Below are positions 43,778-53,939 of a stretch of DNA of 64,000 bases, one piece after another. This stretch comes from Selaginella moellendorffii. Lineage: Eukaryota > Plantae > Lycopodiophyta. The position numbers and the translations under genes are program-made. Numbering within the stretch: the first letter of the stretch is position 1; every line of letters starts with the position of its first letter. Where the stretch lies: contig NW_003314318.1 in assembly GCF_000143415.4 (NCBI RefSeq), forward strand, positions 620,001 to 684,000, in the 5' to 3' direction. The notes beneath the pieces are model-generated. The model saw only the letters and a list, made by a program, of their open reading frames with translations. It searched no databases and was not told the origin of the DNA.

Positions 43778-43905
43778 ACAGACTGACACTGTAACTTTGT
43801 CATCTCTGACACTGACACTGTCTCTGTCACTGACACTATCACTGTCGCTATCTGCTACACTGACACTGTCAGTGTCACAATCATTATCACATTGACATGT
43901 GACAC
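43778..43905. repeat. Degenerate (TGACAC/CTGACA)n micro-array with inverted copies
   Basis: Repeated ctgacactg, tgtca and cagtgtca units downstream of convergent cargo genes. Confidence 0.6.
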
Positions 43906-44009
43906 ATCTTTCTCATTGCATTCAATTGTCTTTTAATGTATCATTAATAAATAGATTTTTCATACCACTCCTCAATTTACTCCACATGCATATGATGTGC
44001 CATGCATAC

Positions 44010-45520
44010 CTAGGAAGACTTGAGAGACTCCAGAGTCGTGTGAATGGCCTTCTTTTTAGTTCTCAAAACTGTCTCTTGGAAGCGCTTGTCGACAATGTGT
44101 TCAGGTAGCTCCACTTCTCTTTCAGCTTCAGCTACACCTCCAGTAGCACCATTATCAGATCTAGCCCCCGACTCGGGCCCAACACCGCCATCAGGCGCTA
44201 CTACGGAGCTACTTGGGCACTGCTCCGTTTCTGCCATATTTTGTGAATATGTTAAGAGTAGTGGCATTTGTGGTTGTGGCAGCAATGGTAGTGATGACAA
44301 TGGTTGTGCTAGTGGTGGTGATGATGGTGGTGGTGGTGGTGGTAATGGTGGTGATGACGGTGGTGGTGGTAATGGTGGTGATGACGGTGGTGGTAATAGT
44401 GGTGATGAAGGTAAAGGTGGCGGTGGTGGTAATGGTGGTGGCGGTGGTGGCGGTGGTAATGGTGGTGGTGGCATCGATGGCGGTGGTGGGGGTGCATGTG
44501 GACTGGAGCTATGTGGTTGGGAAGACGGTAGAGTTGTCGCTGTGGAAATCTCTATCTGAAGGTTAACTTGATTGTCGTCCTGGATCTCATCTTCCTCATG
44601 TCTTCTCTTTGATCCAACATCCCTCTCCTTTTGTAGTTGCTTCCGTTTCTGAAAATAAAAAAAACTCATTATAAATTACAAATGCATAAGAAGAGGGGAA
44701 TAGGGCGTGGGCTCGGTGCAAGCCTCCCCGAAGCACCTTGGCTGGCCCGCGCTAAGGCCAACCGCCCGAGATCCTTGCCTTGGCACTTGGAGGAGGGCTG
44801 GTTCGCTGGCGAACCGGCCCTCCTCCAAGCGCCGCCGGCGAACCGGCCCGCCTCCAAGTGCCAAGGCCAGTGCGCACCAAGTGCCGGGCCCGGGCATTTG
44901 GCCCGAGCCGGCCTTGGCACTTGGAGGCGGACTGGCGCCCGCACCAAGCGCCAAGGCCAACCGCCCGCGAGCCAGCCTTGGCGCTTGGACTTAGCTGGCT
45001 CGCACCAAATGCCCAGCGTGGGCATTTGGCACAAGCACTTGGCGCCTTTGCCAGCCAAGCGCCTTGGCCAGCCTGCGTGGACTTGGCCGGCCTAGGCGGA
45101 GTGCCCAGCCAAATGCCCGGCCTGGGCACTTGGCAGCAGTGGTGCTGGGCAGCAGTGGCCCTAGGCAGCGCGGCACTGGCGTGGCGTGGCGTGGCGTGGC
45201 GTGGGCGATTCTGGGCAGCGGCGGCACAGCAGCGGCGGCATGGCAGTGGCGGTGCTAGGCAGCGGCGGCACGGCAGCGGCGGCATGGTGCTGGGCAAGCA
45301 GCACTGCGCTGGGCGTGGCATGGCAGTGGGCGGCGCTCGGCAGCCTGGGCAGTGGCGGTGCTGAGCATGGCGTGGTGTGTGCAGCGTGGTGGCGCTGGGC
45401 ATGGCGTGGGCGCAGGGGCGCTGGGCGCGGTGGCACTGGGCGCGGCGGCACTGGGCGCGGCGGCACTGGGCGGGGAGGAGAGGGAGTGGAGGAGGAGGAA
45501 AAACTTACTCTTGGCGGCAT
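44010..45520 (-). CDS. MULE-1 cargo gene B: Pro-rich protein with N-terminal NLS-like motif, mini-exon plus 860-bp intron
   Basis: ATG CCG CCA AGA|gtaagt (45520-45509) splices to ttttcag|AAA CGG AAG (44648), giving MPPRKRKQLQK in frame. A poly-Pro tract follows. Telo-like CCCTAA repeats lie upstream (45566-45602). The TAG at 44010 is followed by GTATGC and may be a mutated exon end. Confidence 0.62.
44700..45480. repeat. GC/CpG-rich foldback and tandem repeat island inside the cargo-B intron
   Basis: Interleaved TTGGCACTTGG / CCAAGTGCCAA motifs, a hairpin cttggaggagggctggttcgc...gcgaaccggccctcctccaag (about 44786-44829), and (GTGGC)n and GGCACTGGGCGCG repeats. Confidence 0.8.
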
Positions 45521-46320
45521 TCTGTTCCCGCAGTCACTCCCAATCTCCCGCGATACTTTCTGTAAAACCCTAACGCCGGCAGCTGCCCTAACCCTAACCT
45601 AACTTTCATCACAGCCGTTCATCATGGATGCAGTAAATCTTCACTGTACAATAAATAATAAATCTAGCACTGTACAATTTCTATTCCGCCCTAGATTTGA
45701 AAGTCCTTTTGAATTGTAATTTAATAATGGAGGTGTGCTCTAATATGACTATGTCATAATGTGAAATAATGTCACAGACGCATGTGTTGAATTGATCACA
45801 GTACGAAATTGTTAGAAAATATAAGATTATTAAATTGTATGGTGTTATTTCCAAAGCAATGTATATAGATAATTTACTATAGGTGATAGATAGATGGTAG
45901 TACAAAGATGGAATATATTTAAATGAGTTCAGAAGAATGTGATGATTTCTAGCTTTAATGAAGTACTGAAAATATGTACAATATTTAATTTATTTGGCAA
46001 AAATTGGTTGATGGTAGATCCTAGAATAAAATCATTCCTATCTTTCATATTATGGCACATGCTTGAGGTGATATTTCTTTCCGTTCTACCAAAAGTTAGT
46101 GCATATAATAAATTTGAGTATGTCTTTGAATTCAATGTATATAGACTTTTAATATTGTACAACATAGTCCTATATACTTCATACAGAATTTATTATAACA
46201 ACATTATTCGATGTTAGATCCTAGAATAAAATCGCCCTATCTTTTCACATAATGGCATAGCACATGTGAGGTGACATTTCGTTATAAAAGTTTAGAGTTC
46301 CAAAACCTAAAGGCAACAAA

Positions 46321-49300
46321 ATGGAGGGCTTCCTTTTGCATTACCAAGATCACCCACCGCTTTCTATCTCCCAGAGTCTTATTTCAGAAAGTTTTCTTTG
46401 CCGACGTTTCAATCTTTCTCTCGGTTCTATTTCATTGGAAGCTGTGATTCGCAACAACATTGGTGTAGTTGAACGATCGGAGTTTCTTCTTTCGGGTGTA
46501 GGTGAAGGTGGACAACATTGGGATTTGCAACATTCCAAGTCAAAAGAGATTCAAGTTTTTGGATCTCCAATCAAAGTGCGAGGCTGTGATCCTGCTAAAG
46601 TGAATGTCAAGCAAGAGTCGGTCGTCATCATTTCTTCCTCTTCTAGTTCTAGTGGAGATGTTAGTCCAGTGCGAGCCAAGAATTTCCAAACTCCAACTTC
46701 ACTGATATTCCAAGTTGTTTGCAACGCTTTCCAGTTTTCCCGCCTCTCTATTGACGTGCGTTCCTTTCTGCATAGGCTCGTTAGCGAGCTCCCATCTACA
46801 TACAATGGCAATATCTTCTTTGAACTACCACCTCTTGTCAGCTCAAAACGAAAGGGGATGGAGACGAAGCAGGATGTCCACAACTGGTGCAAGATCAAGA
46901 CCACACATTTCCAGCATTTCGAAGGCACAGTGTCCATGGTTCATTGTGGTGGGTATTTGGATTGTGTGAATAAAGCATGCAATCAAGAGCGTGGTAAAAA
47001 CTCCATATTTTTTGAAGGATCTGCAACCAATCCTCCCCTCTGTGACACCATTGGTGTTGGATTCAAGTGTCGGTTTTGCAAGAATGCTCCATTGTGTCGT
47101 GCCATCTGCAGGGCCAAGATGTACTATTTTCTTCCACGGGATGGAGAGGTTGGTAGAGCTGCAGTACATATTGGCACGCACACACATCCAATGCAAGAAG
47201 GGATACAAAGGAGTTCAGTCAACCATTTCAAAGATGCAGTGTAGATAGAGACTATGAGAAACTCATCTGCAACTCCGAAGCATGTTCAGAAGATAGTGCT
47301 CAAGGATTTTATCGCAAATACTTTACTTGATCCGGACTACAAGAATACTCAACTGGATGAGGCTAGCTTGCGGGAGTTATTACGACATGTGCAACCTGCA
47401 ACTAGCCTTAAAAGGTATGAAAATATTATTACATACTTTTCAATAATATCTCTCTTACATTTTGTTTTATTTAGGATAAAGTCTTGGATGTGTGAATCTC
47501 GAGAGGGGAAACTCCAATCAAAAATCGACTCAATCCTTGAACTAAAACGGACTTGTCCCTATAAGTTTATCCATGGGAGTTTATTTCCAGATCAAGTCGT
47601 TAGTGAGCAAGAGCGCCCCTTCGTTTTCAAAATGTCTACCATGGGCCCTGCTTCTAGTGTGGATCTTGTTTCCCGAATGGATATGTCTGGGTCGAGTGAC
47701 CTTGCTAATGCATGGGTACATTTTGACCATATGGAGCGGGTGGCAGGTTGGACAACCATGGGAGCTCATGTGTATGATCCAAGGTAGTTTTTTTTCTCAT
47801 TATCTTAAAATGGTTTTAAACATTGCACTTTTCACAGGCTACGTTGTAACTTGACAATTGCAACGGCAGAGTTTAAAGTACAAGACCAGATGGCTCAAGA
47901 AATATTTTGGAAGTCCCTCTTCGACATTGTATTGAAGCGGACTGGTAAGCCTGCCAACTTTCGCGGTTTCATGGCAGATGGGGCTGGGGCTAATTGGAAT
48001 GGTGTCCGGGCAGTCTTTGGGAATGGTCTACCCCTAGAAGGTCGTGAGAGGACATGTGAGTTCCATTGGGCTCAGAGCCTAAACCAACACTGCCACCTTA
48101 TCAAGCCAGATTTCCAATTAGCATTTAAGGAGTTGTGCAAACAATGGCAGGTTGCACCTTCTGAAGAAGAGCATGAGGCAAAAGCAAACGAGATCCGAAT
48201 GTGGTGGCGTGAAGATGGCCATACTGACGTAAGTTGTCTACCACAACTTGAGTCGTGGTTGGGGTGGTGGGAAGTTAGAATGTTCCAATGGGGACATCAC
48301 TCTTTTCAGGTTGGTTTTTCTTTTTTTCCTCTCTTTTTATTGCTTTTTATTATCATCTTTTTATAAGGATCAACCACTTGAGGATCTTGCATACACCCCA
48401 ACTGTGAATCTCTCAGAGAGTAAACATTGGAGCTGGCGTTCCTCTGAGGCAGGGAAAGGGAAGATGAGTCTATATGAAGCATGTCTATCAGATTTGATAC
48501 GCGCTGTAGAGCAGTCTTCAAAAGCCTTGGCATTTGAGGAAGGAAGATACATGGGAACAGGACCTTCGGTTGAGATGTTACACGATCGGATGAAGAAGAA
48601 AGTGACTCCACCAGCACGAACAATGGCAACTGCAGTGGAGGAAGTGGTCCGCGGCACATCTATGGAGTACACTCCTCGGGCTTCTATTGGTGATATGAAG
48701 ACCGTCCGCTCAAAGCGTCGATTTTCCTTTGCTGGTGAAGATGTTGGCACGGATCTTGGAGCAAAAAGCTCTCACAGGCCTGATGTTGAGTATTATTCTG
48801 CTCCAAGACATCGCCCCAGAACCGAACCACCTCAAGTGGCTGATGAAGAAAGTGCATCACAACAGGTTGAAATTGCTTATCGTAGTGTGGAGCCGAAGCA
48901 ATGGGCAATCCGTCGAGTGCCAGCGAAATCAAATGTAAAGTGTGTGGGGATGCTTCCAAGGGGCAAGTGTTGGGCTTGGATCCATGGTGATAAGTCTGCT
49001 TCTGTTCCAGCCCCATGTTTCCATGGGGAACGAAAGCAAGCAGGATTTTCAAGATGGTGTTGGTTATATTGCTGCAACTCTGATGTCAACCATACAAAGC
49101 GGCTTGAAGACACTATAGTGACTAAACCTGATGCAGTACCTAAAGAATGGCCGGTTGCTAATGGGGTTGCGCTCACCTCGGATGAGATTGAAAACCTTGA
49201 GAAATCTGGTTTCAATCTTGAGAGGAGAGTTAGAGATATGAGTGACAGAACCAAGACTATTTCTACAGAGATGCACAGAAGGCCAGCACGAAAAGGTAAG

Positions 49301-49645
49301 GTAGTTAAATTTATTGGTACCGTCTCCAAGCAGAAGCAAGGTAAAATAAACTTGGCTCAAACACTTGAGTGTGAAATTCTCTCCACGAAGTACATCACTG
49401 CGCTCGCAAAGGAGTACACAGTCAAAACAAAAGGTGGAGAGTACACAATTGCCATTCAAAACTTTCCTTCTTGCACATGTCCAGACTTTACGAAGCGCGA
49501 GGAACATGGGAAGGCATATGCTCCTTGCAAGCATATGTACTACATCTTCATCAACATCTTGCACCAGGATCCTAAAGTGGATATTCATATACACCAAGCA
49601 AGCCTTACTATTGCTGAGTTGCAGAAAACTTTTGGAGCTAATTAG
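46321..49645 (+). pseudogene. MULE-1 transposase (GCM-like zinc DNA-binding domain, DDE core, SWIM), 3 introns, one in-frame TAG
   Basis: Cys-rich domain ending HIGTHTHP, then WVHFDH (D1), FMADGA...CEFHW (D2 and CxxH), NLSESKH (E) and SWIM CTCPDF..PCKH. Introns are 47415-47474, 47784-47837 and 48310-48367. TAG lies at 47242-47244. Confidence 0.88.
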
Positions 49646-50349
49646 ATTTTCCAGCACTATCGATGTTTATTCTCTATCAATAATATAAACTAATTATACC
49701 TTATATAATTAATAAAAATATTTTATTATTTCACTTTTCATTTCATATACTTGTAAGGTTTTTTTCGCAATAATACCCATAGTATTTGTGAGTCTCCATT
49801 TTTGTCTTTACCTTCTCAAAAAATATTTCGTGATAGTCTTTCAGGTGTATGATGTTACAATGTATTGTGAGAGCATATGTACCATCACAGTTTTTTTTTT
49901 TCCTTTCAAATGGTTATATGGCCTTATATAGAATCTTAATTCAAATTTAATAATTTAAAAATTCTGATGAACCTGACATTTACTAGCTAGAAAGCACAGA
50001 GTACAAATTTAAGAAGTGATAAGAATACTCTTTTTGCAAATATTTAATTTTATATTCTAACAAACGTCTCTATTATTGCATGTAGTAAATATTTAAATTA
50101 TTAGAACAAGAAGTGTCCTTTAGAAAATTTTTATCTATATAATATATAGAGAGTTATAAAATTATTAAGTTCACCATAACTTTAAAATTTTAAAGTTTAT
50201 AATGTTTGTACTAAATTACAATTGAAAATTGAGCTCAACTCGTGAGCTCAACTCTTCAGCTCGTGAACTCAAGTATGGTCCACGCTCCTCTGGCAGTTAC
50301 AAAGCTTCATGTTCCCAGCAACCCAACCATACAAAATACCACACAAAAC

Positions 50350-51140
50350 AAGGATAATATCTGAGGGAATTCGGGAGGCACAGAAGATACTTCCTGCTTG
50401 ATTTACACAAGTTTCACTACACAAAGAAGTAACAAAATTGACTGACAACATTGGTGTGAAACCTATTTCATATTCTATATTCAACAAAATATGGAACAAA
50501 TAAATCAAGGAGGTTAGCATTGTTAAGAAATCCGATTTTTCGAAATACAACATTTGTCTTGAATTAAAAGAACAAATGGCTGCATCAAGAAATCAGGAGG
50601 ACCAAAAACATTTTTAAGGTTTATTTAAGAAACATCAAATTGAACAACGCAAATACAGAACACAGTATTATGGAAACAAAATGCTGGCATGTCACCTTCG
50701 AAATACTTATTCATCATTCACGATGTCATGGATTACGCAAAAACTTATGTTCCAAGGCTCATGCATGTTCCAAAATGCAGTTCCAACTCGATGGTTCTTC
50801 ATATCAATTTGCTTGGAGTCCTGACTCATGGACATGGGGATGAAAGCTACGGTCATTTTTGTCTTCCACACTGGCCGAAAGATCCGAATCTTACTGTTGC
50901 ATTCCTTGCAAGAGTATTTCACAATTTGGAGGAATAAAAAAAAGATTACACTGGTGATTTACGAGTAAAAAGAAATGATCAGCAGTCACTTAATGAAGCA
51001 CTGATGGATACAACATCTGTATTACACGATGTGTATTTGGATCAAGCCTCTGTCTAAGATACAACAGAGTTCACTCCATTACCAAGGAAATTTACTTTTG
51101 CAAATGGACAACTGTGTGTCAGAAAACAAAAACAGGTTAA
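50350..51140 (+). mobile_element. Degenerate DUF7869/Sola-like DDE transposase fragment
   Basis: ISYSIFNKIW, KKSDFSK, IIHDVMDYAKT.VP, HWPKDPNLTV and LLLQMDNCVSENKN, with stops and frameshifts. Confidence 0.6.
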
Positions 51141-51544
51141 CATTTCCGTATTTAGTTGTTTATTCAAATTTACCCACTATCATGGATTTAAAAAAAAAGC
51201 ATTGCATATTATTAACACTTCTGGAACATGCAATTGAATCAGCCACATGTCAATTGGAAAAAAATTCAGAAACATGAATCAAAATCTGATAATTATATTA
51301 CCAACTAGTGTTTATCTTAGTATTGATTGTCATTGCAAACAAATAATTTGTTAGCTAAAGAATAATTAAAACTAACTATATAATAATTAACAATAATATG
51401 CTAATTAATACATGCTTAAGTTGACCAGATAATTAGGAATAGTTAATTAAATCCTGGTTAATTAGTTAATCAGTGAAAATGAGAAAAATATTTTCTTATT
51501 TTTATTCGGATTAGGACTTTATCTCAGAGTCCTAATAAAACTCA

Positions 51545-52985
51545 GTCAAAGGGTGACGAGCGTGGTCATCAATATAAGGATCATCATGACGGTTGTAGCC
51601 GTAGGAATTTCAAGGACCAGAAGCTGGCGCTTTGCGAACCAATACAAGAGAAATTTCTTCCAGGATAAGTTCAGGAAGGATAAGTCTCAGGCTTCACAGG
51701 AGAAAACAGGTTCTGGTTCGGCTCCGAAGTGCTATGATTGCGGTGAACGTGGACACTTTGCGCGGGATTGTCCAAATCCAGGTTCTCGTGATCATGGAGC
51801 TAAAGGTGAAGCTTCAGGTTCAAGGCTGAAGTCTGAAGTTCGTGTTGATCCTAACTCAGTCTGAACTGTTGAGAAGCGTTATCCGTCTCCAAGCCCGTCT
51901 CGGAAGCGTAAGGCACTTTCCGTCATCGCTTGTGAGTTGAGTGTTACTTGGTGTCGTGTGTCCATGGCCAAGCGTCCTGGTCAAGTGATCAAGTTCGAGG
52001 CTCATGTGTCCGGTAAGCCTGTTCTGGTTCTACTTGATCCAGGTAGTAGCGACAACTTCATTTCACCGGCCAAGTATGTGAGGCAGCAAGGCGTAACTAC
52101 GACTGAGACGTCTCAATACAAGATTGAAGGGGCTGCAACAGCTTTACAGGAGTGGAATCAGCAGCTCTGTGTGGACATCAGTGACTCTTTGTGTGTCAAA
52201 AAGGACTTTTATCTTGCTGATCTTCATCGTTATGATTTAATGCTTGGCTTGACTTTTAACCCGGATGTTAACTGGAAGACCAAGGAGGTGTTTCATCGTG
52301 AGAGTGGAACTCTGCTGCTTAAAGGTGAAGGGTGTACTCCACCTATTCTTCAATTGTTAGAGGTTAAACGGCAGATTGAAGAGCTTCTTGCACTTGGTTT
52401 TATTCAGTAAGTCTCCTTATGGTGCACTGGTTCTGTTGGTTTGCAAGGACAGTTCTCTTTGCATGTGTATAGACTATCATGCTCTGAACAAACGGACGAT
52501 AGCCAACCATTCTCCTATGCCTCGTGTGGACGAGATAATGGATCGGTTGGGTGGTGTGAAGTACTTCACAAAGCTGGATTTGAGAAATGGGTACGACCAA
52601 ATCAAGATGCGGGATTTTGATATTTCAAAGACTGTGTTTAACACTCCTTTTTGGCCATTATGAGTTTACGGTTATGCCCTTTGGGTTAACCAATGCTCCA
52701 GCTACCTTCATGCAGTTGATGAACGAGCGGGAGTTTCGTGGTAGCTTTGTCGAAGTGTTCCTGAACGATATTCTCATCTATAGTTGAACTCTTGAGAAAC
52801 ATTGTGAACACTTGTGGAAGGTGTTACACATTCTTCGTGACAACAAGCTCTATGCAAAGAAGTCGAAGTGTGAACTTGTTAAGGAACATGTAGAGTACCT
52901 TGGCCATATTGTTTTTTCGCATGGCATTGAAGTGGATCTAAAAAAGGTGGATACCGTTGTCAACTGGCCAGTCCCTGCTTGTCTA
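51545..52985 (+). mobile_element. Ty3/gypsy LTR-retrotransposon internal relic (gag knuckle, protease, RT)
   Basis: [74 protein letters not shown] and EYLGHIV. It is frameshifted and truncated. Confidence 0.9.
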
Positions 52986-53169
52986 GTACCTTGTTGGATG
53001 TTGCAGATTAATCTTGTTTATTATTTTGATGGATGTTGCCGACTAAGCTTGTTTAGTACTTTGCTGGCTGGAAAATATTCCTTCACTAGCTAAGCTTACC
53101 TTGCTTGTTGGACCGGTGCTCGTTAGCTTGGTTAGTTCCTCGTTCCTCAACATAGTCTCATCAGACCAG

Positions 53170-53505
53170 CTTGGAGAAGTCCTTAGTCATTGCAGGATGT
53201 ATCCCCTCACTGGCTAGCTGGTTAAGTTTCTTATTCGCTGCAGGATGTGTTCCCCCGCTCACTAGCTGGCTGGTTCGCTGCAAGACTTGTTCTCTCGCTC
53301 GCTAGCTAGGCTAAGTCCCTTGTTTTGTTCCATTGCTAGCTATCTGGGCTAAGTCACTTGTTCGTTGCAGGAGGTGTTCCCTCACTCGCTAGCTGGGCTA
53401 AGTTCCTTGATCGCTGCAGGAGGTGTTTGCTCGCCTGTTAGCTGTGCTAAATTCGGAGTTCGTTGCAGGATGTATGCCCTTCCCTGCTAGCTGGGTAACC
53501 TGGGT
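53170..53505. repeat. Imperfect ~49-bp tandem repeat (about 6-7 units)
   Basis: Recurrent (g)ttcg(t/c)tgcagga(t/g)gt...gctagctgg(g)ctaagt at about 53190, 53239, 53279, 53366, 53415 and 53465. Confidence 0.75.
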
Positions 53506-53939
53506 TAGACGCTTGTTTGCTGAATGTTGGTGTTTCTTTCCCACTAAGTATGGAGAGATCCTCGCTGACTCCTTATACTGAACAGGCAGAGTGCCTGAGC
53601 AACCAATCCCCTTAGGTTGTTCAGCAAACACAAAAGTGTTGGCAGCAGTTCACGTATCTAGTATTCACCGATGGGTAACACATAGTGATGTACCTCCAAT
53701 ACCCTGTTCTTCTGCCTATATTGAGCTTGGGTAGGTTTTGAGCTCATGAGCTCACGAGCTGAGCTCATGAGTTGAGTTCACAACTTCTCAAACACAAGGA
53801 AAACATTGGTTAGTCCCGAATTAACATTTTTTCATTTTTCAAATTTTGATTTTATCTATATTTCTAAGTAAATTCGATCAATAAAATACAAATATAAATA
53901 TAGATCTGAACACTAAAAGCGGTCTAGAAACACTTTTCA

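Larger units (their letters stand above)
41187..50287 (+). mobile_element. Mutator-like DNA transposon (MULE-1), about 9.1 kb, 9-bp TSD CTCTGGCAG
   Basis: TSD at 41178-41186 and 50288-50296. The termini are imperfect TIRs (GGGGATGGTCCAAAGTTGAGTT vs reverse complement GAGCGTGGACCATACTTGAGTT). A subterminal inverted match GAGTTGAGCTCACGAGTTGAGCTCAATT lies at about 41203-41231 and 50227-50254. It contains the transposase. Confidence 0.88.

Noticed and set aside
44044-45602. Gly-, Val-, His- and Arg/Ala-rich ORFs in several frames
   Set aside because: These are by-products of the poly-Pro codon tract and GC-rich repeats, which lack stop codons.
45566-45602. Telomere or interstitial telomeric array
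   Set aside because: There are only a few CCCTAA units directly upstream of an ATG, which is better explained as telo-box promoter motifs.
47242-47244. Programmed stop-codon readthrough in the transposase
   Set aside because: A single C-to-T type nonsense mutation is simpler, and the paralog has a sense codon there.
53170-53505. CRISPR-like array
   Set aside because: The context is eukaryotic, the units are wholly repeated with no unique spacers, and there are no cas genes.
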